Notes: generated by a model not told the origin, from the sequence alone. DNA of 62,428 bases, filler included, from Sphacelaria rigidula (GCA_964200075.2; 8 parts of 8 records of this genome joined end to end with filler, not necessarily neighbours in it), one strand, 5' to 3'. Shown: positions 43,479 through 57,400, numbered from the whole stretch's first letter. Numbers and translations are program-made.

Positions 43479-46400
43479 GTGAGCCAAGGTCGTGACGGGG
43501 AGCCAAATGGTTATCTCAGCAATCTTGTAAATCTTCTCAAGCGAAATCGATAGTCTATGCGAGAAGCATCGTTCATCAAGACAAAAAAATCACCTTTGTC
43601 CACCCCCAGCGAAATCGCAATCATCTAGCAGGATTGATTTTATAACTCAACAATGTTCTTCTTTCATAACTTTACAAAGAGAAAGTGAGCTTCAAATAAG
43701 CAAAAATGAGCCTTAGCCTACATACATCGTGTAAGTGTCCATCCCTCGGCGTGATCGCTAATAAATTGTTCACGACGAACCTCAAGCGGACATCGATACT
43801 CCCTATGGTCGAGCGCTGTTTTCAGTGGTGGACTTTCAGTACGTACCTCGTGTCCGCGACGTAACCCGCGCAACTCGTGTGCCCTACCGAGATGTCACGC
43901 CGGCGTCTGGGTCGTCATCAACGCGCGGCGTCACATAACTCACCGCTTTGACTCAAAGTCTAGCGCCAACCCTCGCTGTCGTCCGCAGGAAGGGGAGCCT
44001 CTCGAGCAAACGTTTCTAAACGGGATCAGCAGGGAGGCGAACTGTGGTATCAAGACGGGATTATTGATTCCCAGTCGTTACACTGCCGCACAGTCAGAAC
44101 GAGGTGATTTCACAGCAGGCATTTTGTTGACGCCGATGATCTTTCGTGATGTATCAAGTGCTGCGGTCGTGGTAACGCCAAAACAAATCACGGACAATTT
44201 CTGAAGGTGTCTCTAATAGCTCGGGGGGAAGACTCGGCCCCGGGGTCGCCCAGTAGGGACGGGTCGTTAAGGTTGCGAGAACATGCCGCCCAGTTAATGA
44301 TTCTGGCGTCAACATCTTGCTATCACCTCACTATCGTTGGCGAGAATGTTATATCTACCCTCCGCACTTGCCCTCTGTTTGTAACCGTACAATGTGGCCA
44401 GAGCTCTACCGATGCTTGCGTGTTCGGTTGCAATACTAGTGGAATATAAGTGATGTTCGCAAATCTACGAAGTAGTTATACTTGAAGGCGTTGGCCTCGA
44501 CAACCGCGACGCTTAGTTCAATCCTGGTTCTTGTTGGTTCCACGCACGCCGTGTTACTGCATCAACGCAATATTTGCCACAGCAACGTTTGTTCACGAAC
44601 GATGCGGGAATTGTGACTCGCTTGATAGTTTGATGAAGGTTAGAGAATTGAGTGAGGTCGTCGTGCTCTGTCATATCAACAACACTTTGAACCGCACGTT
44701 TTGCTGGAAACACCCCAGCAAGCAGTTTTGACGGCATAAATCTTTGAGTTTCGTTTCGCGTAGATCCAGTTTGGCATATCCAGCAATGTCGACGTATCAA
44801 CATTGATGCACCGATCAATGCGGTTTGTCGATATTGCTTGACTTCACGTGTTTTGATTCTAACCGTGCAATACGTACGCAATTGGGTGTATTCCCGACGC
44901 AGTTTCTCGAACATCAGGGCCCAAAAGGTAGCGAGCTGCCAGGGATCGCACGCAGTCTGCCTGGGAGTACGCCCTCTGGTACTATACATTCGAACACGTA
45001 AATTCGCTAAAATGTACCAGCTATGTACAGTTGCACATCCTGCTACTAATGTGTCATGTTCGTATATTGAGAAACCCTCGCTTATGCGTGTTTATTCCAC
45101 TCTCTCATCACCCGCGCTACATGTGCAGTATCCTCCAACAAGCTGCCAATCGAATTCCCCTGTTGTGTGAATTGTTGTAGGTATGTACGAACATTTGAGT
45201 CACTCATCACTCCCAAGCGTGAATGATAATCTTGACTGATTGATTGTCGCACTTTAACTGATCCCCCAGGAGTCCGGGGGTCCAGCCGTGGTCTCGAACC
45301 CACGTGCGGCGAAAATCAAAACGAGCTTGCCGAAATAGTTTGTTCAAAAACAACTTGATTACGTTATCCACAAAAGCAGTTGGTACAGGAGTAAAAGCCG
45401 AGATTCGCTGTACGTATTATGGTATGTGTACAAGAAGGATGAACACATATCCCAAGCAGATGTCATTTTGTGATACTACCAGTTTTGCTGCACAATACAT
45501 GTAAATCTCATCATGGCTAGTGCTCTTGTGTGGAGAGAATTGGGCTGCTGTGGTTCTATCGAAGCATTGAGTGCTGAGCACTCACGGCATGCGGACGCCG
45601 CAACCGAGTGCGGGGGGGGCGTTCTCATGTGTTGCTCGCCTTAGTCGTGTGACCATTGACCACACATCCCTTTCGAGACGGACCAACCGAGTGCAGGAGG
45701 AATGAGTTACATTCGACTTTTGTCGACGGTGCTTATCTATTTTCTTATACAAAGGAAACACGCGGATGTCGCTTCTGTCACCATCGAGCGACAGGCAACT
45801 GCAGCGCTACGATTGGACATACAGGGAGGGCGACGGGGTGAGTAAGGATTGCAAGGTACATTATGACGTTGACCTACACGGCAGTGCGCATGGGTCAGAC
45901 ACTTGAGCAAAATGCAGCATTTGGGCTCAGTGGCAAGAAGTTGAAACTGTTCGGAAAATTAAGACATGGAAACGCGAAAATTGCTTTACATAGCATGCAC
46001 CACGGGCGCGTGTCGTATTGTCAAGGTGTTCCATCGCAGCTCCACCCCCTAGAAACGAATTCGTCCGTACTAACAACACTCTTCGAGTTAGATCGCGTAT
46101 ACTTCGAATATGTAGTTCCTTGCTGCTTTGATGCTTAGGCGAGTAGCACCAGCGACCTTGCACTACACCTAGCTTCTTCCCAAGCAAAACTCAATCGAGA
46201 GGGCTTCAGAGCGGAATCCCTCAGTTATTGTCCTCCACAAGCATCCGGTCGGTCAAGGCCATGGTTGCGGTATCCGTTTCGTTGCTTGCCCGGTACAACA
46301 CTCTCAGCTGCTCGTGGGATCGAACCTCCCCAAATATCTACAGCGTTGTGCGTCGCTTCAGATTCGCAGTCCACATTCGCGTTTTCCGACGGTCGACTGT

Positions 46401-46798
46401 TCCTCATAAAGAACAATGCAGCAGCATCAACACCGAGGCCGACGACGTTGGAGTGTAACGATGGCGAGATGAGCGCTTCAGAACACCAAAGCGCGTGTTC
46501 TGTGTTGAATGGCCTGGAGAGGGCTTTGTTTGGGGTGAGTGATGTGGGTAGTGCACCATCCACGCTGGTTTGACCAACCTGCCGTCGTAACTGTTTCAGG
46601 AAACCGGCTTGAAGAGGGAGTTTGTGTATACGATATATGTTCCTCTCCGTCTCTTGGTCTCTCTCTGTCTCTATGACATTGACCGAGTCATCCTACGATA
46701 GGAGGGGGGGGGGGGGGGGGGTACCCATTTTTTGCTTGCCTTAGTCATTTGACCAGTGACCACCCACCCCTTTCGAGACAGAGCAACGGAGCGAAAGG

Positions 46799-46898
46799 NN
46801 NNNNNNNNNNNNNNNNNNNNNNNNNNNNNNNNNNNNNNNNNNTTAATTAATTAANNNNNNNNNNNNNNNNNNNNNNNNNNNNNNNNNNNNNNNNNNNN
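46799..46898. other. Artificial contig linker
   Basis: N44-TTAATTAATTAA-N44. Confidence 0.98.
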
Positions 46899-47227
46899 GT
46901 GGGGAAAGCACTGTTTTAGGCTTGAGCCTCATCTCGAAGTTAAACCTCAATTCTCACAATTTGTTGTTAGAAGTAAATGGGCGGTTGAAGTTGAAGTGAG
47001 CATCACATTTTCTGGATGCTTCCCCATCCTACACCCCCCTTACAGGACAGGGGTTATGTCCGAGAGTGCAAAACGAACAAGGGTCCAGATTACTCTCGTG
47101 GGCGAGGGGTTGGCGCTGTCATGCTAAAGTTTGTGCGAGAAAATGACGGAGGTATGTAGATCCCCCACCCCGCCACCCCCAAGCCCCCTGAACATATAAT
47201 ATATTTTTGGAGCCTAGGCATCGTGAT

Positions 47228-50200
47228 TTCAAAGTATGAATATCGTTTGATTGCCCATCGATTTGATAAATGTTCTCTTGCACATTAGCTGACCCGCTAC
47301 GAATGCAACCGTGCTCTAGGGACAGGCATATACCCAACGCGAATGAAAGGGAACCGAACGCGAAGAAATGGGAACTCCTGCTAAACAAATCCGATAACAG
47401 CGGGAGCAACAAATAATGATGAAGGGAAAATGGGGAGGAACAGAGTGCGCTGTCGTAGGAGGTAAACACGCTTTGAAGTACTGCCATTACATCACAATCT
47501 GGCAAGATTGTGTTGTTTTTTAATGTTCATCGGTCATGCTACAGGGATATGTTGAAATCTGAAACCAGAAGAACTACCTAGTAGAGGTAATGATTCTCCC
47601 TGCGATTCGGCAACGTCAAGCGAGCTTCAGAGCTCGTTTGTCGCTTTCGTACGAACGCATTGCCGAAAACATGTCGCACCTTGCCATACCGCAGGAGCCA
47701 CTGCAGCTCGAAGGGGGGAGTTTCCCTCGACAACACAGGGTTTTGAAGCATGCGCCTCTCCAGGTTTACTGGTCCGCGACGCTGGGAGCCGAATGCGCTC
47801 GCTACCTGCGGACAATTGGTGGGCTCGCAAGATGAAAAATTCCGTAGTTTGGTTGTCGCTGACGGCACTAGGATGACAACCACCCGGCGTGTGCAGTTGT
47901 GTAAAGACGCGCTGAACCGTTGCCCTTACCGCATCACCACGCGCGCAAGGGAGACACATACCTGGCGCAATCTATGACCTTTTTATCGGTGCTGTATGAG
48001 GGAAAGAGGAGATGGTGACTGCAGTATGTATCCCCACCCTCACCATTGAATGGGTGTCGCCGCATTTCAAAAATAGCGCATTCGTTTCAACGAAAACAGC
48101 ACTCCCCAGAGGTGTGTTACTCAAGGATCATTCCTAACGGTAGTCGAAATCCCGGAAATTCGGGAGCCGAAAGCGCTCCCCAAGCAAGCTCACGACGACT
48201 TTGGAATCTGATTCCGCAGTGTTCGCAGTCACGGTTCACCCCGAGGCTTTTGCACAGCTGAACAACATTTAGTGAGCACGTGCGCTCAATATTGTTGCGA
48301 AATGCTGAAAAATGGAATTCTGCGCGAAGACCCCCAAAGAATGAATGCTATGCTGAAATCAAAGATGAGTATGAAATTCTTGTTTTTCCTTCATCGTCGG
48401 GAATGACCTCGATCAGCCGGATTCACCACAAGCGTATTTTTAGTTACATCGAACGAACAACGTTCCCCTGTACAGAAACCAGCAAAGTATCCCCCTTCTC
48501 TCCCGATGAAACTCACCGAGTTCGCCTCCGACATCCTCTTTGCCAGTTCAGTCGCCATCTTTCTGAACTTACGGTTGGGCGTTCGCTTGTGTCCATCCGT
48601 GCCTCCGGAAGTCGCCGACCTTCCAGCGTTGGAATGTTTCGACGTTACCTCCTTAATGCCGCCACGCTCGACCATTTCTTCTCGGAAGCGATCTGCGGTG
48701 CTCCCGCCGCCGCCATCACCGTTAGTTTTCGATGCCGTTGCACCAACCGATGCTTGTTCTTTGGTTTCCTCGGGGCCGTGCTGTCCCAGCCTCCCTCCTG
48801 ACAAGCTACGTTCAACCGGGGATGCTGATGTACTTGAATCTCGTCTGGTCAGAGAAAAAGAAGGAGAATCAGTGTTTCCTCAAGACGTGTGCATGTGTGT
48901 ATCGAACAAATGCGGTGATTGCCGGGAACATTCGCTGTTGTCACCATTCTCACACAAGGTGGGTGAGCCAAACAGCTGCCCTGTGGGTCAAGCAGGCACC
49001 CTGAAACTTCCAAGTTTCCTCAAAATGTTTGCGTTGTATATCCAAGAAATACGGTGACAACATTCTCACAGAAGGTCACTGAGCCAAACCGTTGTCCGGT
49101 GAGTCGAACAGGCACCCTGAAAGAGTCACATGGTGGTGAATCTCAATATCAATACACGCGATCAAAGGTGGCTTGTGGTTTACAGCAGGAGTTCCGTTTC
49201 TCGCAGTTTTCACAAAAGAGAAGTAGTACACCTGGTGTCGGCAACACGGACGCGAGCATTTTTATAAGACTCGACTCCTCACCACTTTCTTCGAAATCAA
49301 GGCCAATTATTTTTCACCAGAGAATGCCAGACCCCGGTTAAACGGGCGGCTTGCTTGAACCCATCCCCAAAACACATCTTCGGACGCTGAGATCTCGACA
49401 GCATTGAACACAATGACCATGGCCTCAAACTCGCTCTGAACGAGTTCAGGGCGCCTCCGCTGTCATGAAAAAAATCATGTGACAAGATAAGTTGAAATCG
49501 TGGAGTCCATCAGCTTCTACCTCAACCTTACACTGACGTGGCTAGCCCGTCTTCCTTCTCTACTGGAGCAATGCAAATCTCCCAGGAAGCATCTATTGTC
49601 GGCTGCACGTTGCCTGCCTCTCCGCCGGACCGCTCTCCGTTCCAGTCCTGTCCCGATGTGCCGGAGCTACGCACAAGCAGGTGTCGACAAAACGTCAGCC
49701 GGGTGCATTTATCGAGGACAACAGAGAAGAACGATCAGGTTTGGTGAATACGAATATCGAGGCTCTTGAACATGAACAGAGTCATGAGTGATCGGTTGGC
49801 TTCTGCCCAGAAACGGCCATGGAGCAACGTTGGATATCAGGCAGTTAATATCTCTCTCAACCCCTTGGAAACAAAACTCTACAAGCTTGATGTCCAGGGT
49901 ACGTTAGCATTCAAATTTTGTTAATATTCAGCGCAAGGCTCTTGTATCGATACGTGGGCTCCAGGGAAAGTAAGCGGCATTCCATGAAAGAAACATAGCT
50001 AATGCCCACAACATTGGTAAAAGGCGAAACGAGAAAGTGCATACTTCTGAACTCCGGTGTATGACGGGCAAAAAATACGTTTACTATATCGTTCACCGCG
50101 GGCCTGCCTCTAATTTGCACGGGAAACGCGAAACGTTCATTTTGTCATCAACTGTGCCGCTCTGTATTTGAAGCGGATATATGTATTCGTGTGCAATTTC

Positions 50201-53200
50201 GCAGCGCTCTTGAACCATGAGAACTCTGACTTCATCAAATACATGACGTTATTTTTCACTTCTTCCAGCGCTCATATGCTTTGTTAGACGCTTAGTTGAC
50301 TCGTTGGTGTTGATTATTGAGTTCCAACCCCGCTTTGCGTTTACTTATGACACCAACCTGTCCTGCGAGGCACGCCTATGAAGTACGGAAAGGGCCATTC
50401 CGCATAAATTCCTGGCCGGTTGGACGTATCTCCACGGCCCCGCGGGGGGAAGCGGCGGGGTCACGAATACCCTCGCGAAGCTATCCAGGCGCTTGAGCGT
50501 CTGTTATTTTCGTTGTAGCGTAGAAAACAATGATAGTTGGTTCGAGGGCGGACGGGTGAAACATGGATCGTTGATAGCATAGCCTACATCGATGCAGCAC
50601 GCTGAAGGGTGAAATCTTTCATGTACTACGAGTCAGATGTGGTGTTGCGAAGTCTGTCGCGCGGTGATGGCAACTCTTGTGTCCGCGACTACTGAAATTT
50701 GTCTGACCGTCACCTCCAAAATAGATATACGTGCACCTATGTTGTTGTCCCATCTGTCCTGGACGCCAGTCTACACCTTTCGGTATGTGTGAACGCACCA
50801 GCCGGGGTCACACAGGAGGAAGGCCAACACAGGAGATTTTTTGTTTGCTTGTTTTTAGTTCTCTACCTTCTTTCTGCGGCGCTTGCCTTTTTTTCCATCG
50901 CGAGAGGGGTTCAGCAGTCTCTTTCCCTCGTCGAACATGAATCGAACTACCTGTATGAGTGGCTCACCCAAAATTTCCTTCCGTCGACACCTCTGGAACA
51001 CAACCCAACATGGCAAGATGGTCAATGTTATTCCTCTCACGTACGTCTTCCCGTGCGTCGTCTGCGGGTGGTACCATTCAGCCCTTCCAGCGATACGAAC
51101 AAATCAACAAGCGACCCGAGTAACCAAACTTTGTAGCGCCACGGAGGCGGGCGGATTATATCGTCTGCATTGTAGCACTGTGAGAGAGCACCAACGTCAC
51201 GAACAATAACGACGGGGAGACAGCCGATGCCGGGTCCGTTCGAGACAGCCAGTCGAGCATCATCGCATTCTGAGTGCGTGTACCGCCGCCATGTATTGCT
51301 GTGAAGGAGGTCGAGAGCCTCCAAGGTGGAGAAGCAGTACCCAAGTCTTCTCATGTGCCGAAAGTATCCACGATTTCGATTTTCTGGTCAAACTTCATTT
51401 TCTGCTCGTGTCTCAGGTATCAACCTCCTTTGCCTGTCACCCGCTTCTAAATACTTTGTCCCAGCGTCGTCACATCGCATGCCGCGTACAATACTTTTTG
51501 TGGACGATAAGTTTTCCCCCATCAAACGTGTTGTGCTCACATTGGGATCCAAGTCCATCATAGTGGTGATGGTGGCGACGACGGAATTTCCCGTTGGCAG
51601 AAAATCGCGGGTGCAAAGCTTGGACAGGCTGCGTGCGCGGGAACGCGCGGGAACACGGCAACATAGATACATATGTGTATGTAGTACTGTAGATGAGTAC
51701 CACCAAGAAGGATTTGTGGGACTGCCTGCTGCGAAATGACCGGAAGGTCGATCTTGTACTTCTAGGCACGGCAGGTGATTTACGTCCGGTCTTTGTATAT
51801 GCCCCTGTGGCTAGGAGAACAGTCAAGAACGCACGCCGTAGACATAACTACTATCTGACCCATGCAGCATTGCAAGCTAACTTACCAACAGTAGTATTTG
51901 TGTTGGCCAGTTATTCATATATACCCCCACCCCTTGCCATCAGAATGAGACAACCGGCGGCCCGCGAACTTCTCCTCCGTTCTCCACCGGGACATCGCTC
52001 CTCGCACGCGCCAAATCAAGCACGAAGTGTGACTAGATAGCTTTTCTTGTCACCTGTAGACTGTAAGCTGTCGAACGAGCCTCGGCACTTCCTGATCTTC
52101 GTCGCACTCCTTCCACCTACACCGCTCCCCCAGCAGCCCAACAACCCCCAGAGCCTGGAAGGCAACAAGTCGAAAGCGTGTTGATCCAACAACGCCACAA
52201 ACCGTCCTGCGACATCAGATGGGCAGTACTTGCAGTACGGGGGTCTGTCTCCCTCAGAAAATATTGCAGCTGCTTTTGCATCATAGTAAACGCGTATTTT
52301 CGCGTGAAATATATGTCGCCGTGCCCCGGTGGTGTAATGGTCACACGGTCGTCATTAGGGTGGAGAGAACGAGGGCTTGAATCCCGATGTATGTGTTGGT
52401 TTTTCTCTTTCAAGTATATGATTTCCACCGTCGAAAGCGGTGGTACGTGTTTAAACAAAAAGCAGTTGACTGGCTTTACTCGACGAGAGTTGACGCGATG
52501 CGACAGCGCTGATCCAATCCGCGAGGCCAAAATGCAAGGCGTTCACCGGGGAGAGATGGGGTGATCCCTTGAGTCCACGCACTCGTCTCGAGGAAGGGCA
52601 GGCATTCAAGGTGCGACGAAAAAATGAAAAAACAAAACAAAAAAATGTGTTGGTACCGCGGAAAAACGATGACGACCACGTATGGTCTATTTATACATAT
52701 TCTGCAAACACTCGCAGGTTTTCTGGGCACGTTGGTTGTATCAAACGACCAGAGAAGTTGTGACATTTTTCATCGGATACTCACAAACGACAAAAACGAA
52801 TTGTGCCGTTGTCAATATTTCAATACTCACGGCTAGCCTCTCGACATAGCGACACAGGATCACAACACAAAGACAGACCAATATTGACACGAACCATGTT
52901 CAGGTTGTGCTTGTACGCGGTCTTGCATTACCGCGAAGCCTTCATCACGAATATGGATATGCATATTTTAAGTAAGAGGTAGGGTTAATTAGGGATACAC
53001 ATAGTAGGTATGGATATCCCAGATGGATATCCCTGATGAATATTCGCATCCACGATGGATATCCATGACGGGTGTCCATATCCTAGATGGACATCCCAGA
53101 TGGATATCCATGATGAAAACCCATGATCGACAGCTACATCAATCACGGATATCCCAGATGGGCGCGAATATCTAGGCATCCCAGATGGAAATCCATATCA

Positions 53201-54186
53201 ATCATGGATATTCATCACGAGCGTCAGATGTCAGATCCACCACGTGTAGTCTAAATGGATATTCATACGATACCTATCGTGGATATTATACGATAAGCAA
53301 GCCATCACGCGTAAGTATATATCCATATCTATCATGGATATAACGATATGCAAGCCTTCCTACGTTCACCCCGTCCACTTCGAGCATTCGCCTCTCCATC
53401 GGGCCGTGAACAATGGCAAAAAACAACTCGAACAGGTTTAATTGAGCTCTCTTTCTTCTCGGACTCTGAAACAGCACCTGAGCTAAACGGCATACCTCTT
53501 GGTGCCAGAACAAAAACGCAGTCTACTCAGGTGTAGACGTGCATGTCTCCTTCACGTCACAGTACCAGTTAAGATACGACTGTGTTCAATCGTCCATAGC
53601 TCAACGGAATAATTTTGTTCGCTTCCTTCTTTTTTGTTTTTGCGTTTGGTTTAGTTTTCGTGGTGCACAAGAATGAGCTAGACGTTTTATTTGGGCTATC
53701 GGATGCGCCCAGAGTGTCTGCCACTGTCGGGGAACCCCGGTATCTGTACCATCGTGTTGCTGTGCAACATTTTTCGATTCATCTTACTCCATGAACTCAG
53801 CGCCCTGATGTTTTGCATTAAGATGAAGGATGCTGCGTGCCGCGTGCTGGGCGCGGTCCACGCGGTCATTTCAAGCGCCTCGGCGAGTGGAGGGATGCTA
53901 CCGAGTGTGAAGACACTACAATACATACGCAGGTAGTATGCACTTTCCCTTGGCTCGAAGAAATCGATGAAGGAAACACGCCGCTTTATCGCCACATGGT
54001 CACGCCACGAACGGCACATGACAACCATATCTTACTTGAATAGCTGGAGCCACGCGAATAAAGTTCGTTACATTACTCGGTAGTACAATAGTGTGGCGTC
54101 GTCTTTCGGAGTGGAGAAAAGCTCTGCTCCATCACTTGCCGTAGCGACAGAGCTGCGTATTCCTCCAGGCTAGAGAAATGGCTGCG
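47228..54186 (-). CDS. Unidentified multi-exon protein-coding gene fragment (contig 7)
   Basis: Phase-consistent chain: 54077-54186 (RSHFSSLEEY...), 53750-53897 (IPPLAEALE...HSNTM), 52054-52154 (ALGVVGLLGERC...), 51130-51298 (NTWRRYTHSE...), 50358-50500 (TLKRLDSFARVF...), an exon starting ~49667, ~48517-48797 (...RKMATELAKRMSEANS), ~47680-47805 (VASAFG...LQWLLRYGK), and a possible last exon ~47228-47314. The structure around 49300-49530 is unresolved. No family recognised. Confidence 0.55.
48945..49122 (+). repeat. 62-bp imperfect direct repeat (48945-49006 and 49061-49122)
   Basis: CATTCTCACA.AAGGT...TGAGCCAAAC....G.CC.GTG.GTC.A.CAGGCACCCTGAAA occurs twice. Confidence 0.8.
50738..50945 (+). 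repeat. Dispersed repeat family F copy
   Basis: GTTGTCCCATCTGTCCTGGACGCCAGTCTAC...CCAGCCGGGGTCACACAGGAGGAAGG...CTGCGGCGCTTGCCTT; matches 15635-15810 and 60530-60655. Confidence 0.8.
52950..53350. repeat. Degenerate array of the palindromic ATGGATATCC(C/A) motif
   Basis: More than ten variants of GATGGATATCCC/ATGGATATCCAT in ~400 bp. Confidence 0.75.
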
Positions 54187-54613
54187 CTGTAGTACAGTGG
54201 GGAAAGCCACACGTCCAACGTTTGTCAAAATAAATGACTGTAACGCATTGAGCTCGATTTCGAGAATTCTGAAACGTAGCATGCTGGGCACCCACAGCAA
54301 GACGAGAACTCTGGCAAGGCGATCCCCGGGGACAAACATGTGTCGGTGGAGCACCTCGTGGTCAAAATAGAAACTTGGTCTGAATTTCCTATCCGGTGAC
54401 AACACATGCTCATCCCCGGATGTTGTTCTTCTATCTCAATGTACCGAGAATCTGGTGATTATGTCTTATGAACATTCGTGCCAAAGCAGAAGGCCCGGTG
54501 AATCTTAGGTCGTGTGAAATCGACTGTTGAATAATATGCATCTTCGACGACCGAGGGACCTCTAAAAAGTAACCTGTAGTCCATTCGAGCAGTACACTCG
54601 CTGCTGCTTTTCT

Positions 54614-54713
54614 NNNNNNNNNNNNNNNNNNNNNNNNNNNNNNNNNNNNNNNNNNNNTTAATTAATTAANNNNNNNNNNNNNNNNNNNNNNNNNNNNNNN
54701 NNNNNNNNNNNNN
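54614..54713. other. Artificial contig linker
   Basis: N44-TTAATTAATTAA-N44. Confidence 0.98.
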
Positions 54714-57307
54714 AAAAAAAAACAAAAAAAAGTAAAAACCCCCAAGAGGTCCTGTTAATTAACCCCCCGGGGCCCAGCCCCCTTTCCCCCCCCCCCCCCC
54801 CCGCCCCGCCGTTTTTTTTGGGCTGAATTATGGATATTTCTCAGTCGTTTCAAGGCCAAATGTGGTGGAGAATGACGATATTAATAGGATGCGAAGCACG
54901 ACCCTGCCCCCCATCCCTTATGGGGTTGGCGTCGTTTGGCAATGACGCTGTAAAACACGCCACCTACCGCGTAAGCCAGGCAACCAGGTTACCGACTTTT
55001 TCTGCTCGCTTACGTTTTTTCTGGTAAACATGATGGTGGTCGAACTAGATCATGCTGTACGGGGTAGCAGAACCTCAATTCCGTGCAAAGAGGATGATCA
55101 TACTAGGTAGGTGAAATGATGAAATTCCCATGAGGCAGTGTAAGCCGAAGCTGTCTCTGAACGGGGCGATACCAGAAAATGAAGCAACTCATTGAAGGCT
55201 GTCATCCATGTGCAAGATATTCATTACGCTTTGGGCCGAAAAATCTCAGTAGGATGCAGCTCACCCTTTATGCGACTCGCTGAACACATTACGGCGCTTC
55301 ACGCTCGGTGATTGATTGCAAGCCTGGTCCGGGGGGAACCCGGCGTGCTCCGCCCTACTTTGTAGGGATGCGACGTCAGTGGTCATATGGCTACGGCATG
55401 CAAAATCATGAGTACACACTCCCTTCGCCGCTTTTCACCCAATTTGAAGTTTTAGGGTTATGACTTCTGAGAAATGACGCCACAACTTGACTTGCAAAGG
55501 TACGAACAAAAAAGTCATCTGGATACGGCGGTACTCTAGCTCATCTGTAATAGCACTCCATCTTTCCGTTGATACCAGTCGCCGCTCCCTTGATAATCCC
55601 AGGTCGTTCCTGCTGGGGCGAATTTGAGCTTACACCTCGTGCATGCTGAAGGGCCGCCCATTTTTCAAGTCCAACCCTAGTCCCGCCGAGAAGCATGGAT
55701 CCTGTCACCTCAAAAGTCAACGGACACAGTTCCGTCACTTATTTTTCTCTCATGGTTGCGTCTTCTCCCATCAGACGCAGCAACCACCTCCAACAGCATC
55801 CATCCGCTATGATCCGTACATCAGTAAACGGCTACAGTAGGTCTTCGTCACGAGAGATGAATTTGTTTCGGCTGAATTCCGACGCCTAAAACAAAAGCTG
55901 CAAAAAAATGAACTCCCCGAGCCCCCGCAGCCTTCTGTTCCGATAGTCCTGCCTCTTACAGTCCCGCCAGTTTGTGGAGGATGACCACAGTAATGTAGCC
56001 GTGGACTGCGGTTGGTAGGCCGTTCGTGCGCTCAAATGAAATCGCACTCTGTCTTTTTGGACCGGTAGGATCGTAGGGTGGAACTGTTAGGCGCTTGTGT
56101 ACGTTTCCGAAATAGAAAAGCCGACCGACATCGCCCGTCCTTCCCCGACGCTCAACGCTACGCCCTCCTGTTGGGCAGCAGGGGTTCACGAGGGGGACAA
56201 GCTCCCCGCTGTGGTTCCTGCACGAAGAAAATCAAGACATCAACAAACCACTCATGCACAAGCCGCATACCGCACGTGCACCCCCACCGAAGTCCCCGCG
56301 TCGTTTGGCTGTTTCATAACAGCTTCATCGGGCAGTGCCCACATGCATATGCTGATGGAGCGATCATGATGACTACAGTATTTTTACAAGAACTGTTCGA
56401 AAATTTGATGTCCATAGACGGCAACGCGACTGGCCGTGGCTATATGTACGAATGTTAGGTTTGACGCGCGGCATATACGCGCAGCAACGGCCTTCTCTGT
56501 GTAGGCGTTTGCATCTCCATAAAAAACTTTTCCTAACCCTCAGCAACGAGAAAAATATTGCCCTACTGGCGTATGGTTGTCTGCGGGATTCATGCGAAAA
56601 TCTGAAGTGCTGGGCGCCTGGACTGATTTTTGTTCAGAAGAGTTTTTTCTCGCGACTGCTCTTTGATATAGAACTCGAAAGTGCTGGCGTCGGTAGATTT
56701 TGTTAAAATAAACAGATCGTCTTCCCCCGCCCAGTGCCCAAGTTGGTGTTGGTTGATTTTTTCGGGCGATACGAGTAGATACCCTGTTTGCCAGGAGGGT
56801 CGTATTGACCGTGAATCATAGGTTTCGGCTGTAGTGCAATGAGTAGGTATAAATAAATAAATAAAAATGTACGTTTCTTCACAAATACGATCGGGACAGG
56901 CTCGATCGACCGAAAATACCGAAGAGTCGGAATCTGGGCTGAAATATGTCAGGACCCCCGATATCCGATCAGCCCGTAAGTCACTCAATATTGATCATGA
57001 CAGAAAAAAAAATCTTGGAATGTGGAGCGGATACAAGTATCTTCAGCTCCCTGATGTGATGAGCGGTGGCAAGCGAAAGAGTCACAGAAAATCGCCAATT
57101 ACAAAGAAATGGCAAAATTGATACTTTAGGTGCCATTACTGTATTCCCCACAATTTAGTAATACGAGTTGTTTTCAAGCACTCGCTCCCATCCTGCACAT
57201 TGCCAGGCGCAGTCCCCGAGTTACTCAATCCCCTTCGCGCGAAGCTGGAGTTCTCCAAGCCGCAAAGTATGATCTAGTTCGACCACCATCATGTTCACCG
57301 CAGAAAA

Positions 57308-57400
57308 GGGGGGGGGGTGTACTCATGATCTTGCATGATCTTGCATGCCATAGTCATATGACCATTGACGTCGCATCCCTGGAAAGACGGGACGAAGCAA
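57308..57400 (+). repeat. Dispersed repeat family E copy
   Basis: GGGGGGTGTACTCATGATCTTGCATG...CCATAGTCATATGACCATTGACGTCGCATCCCT. Confidence 0.75.
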
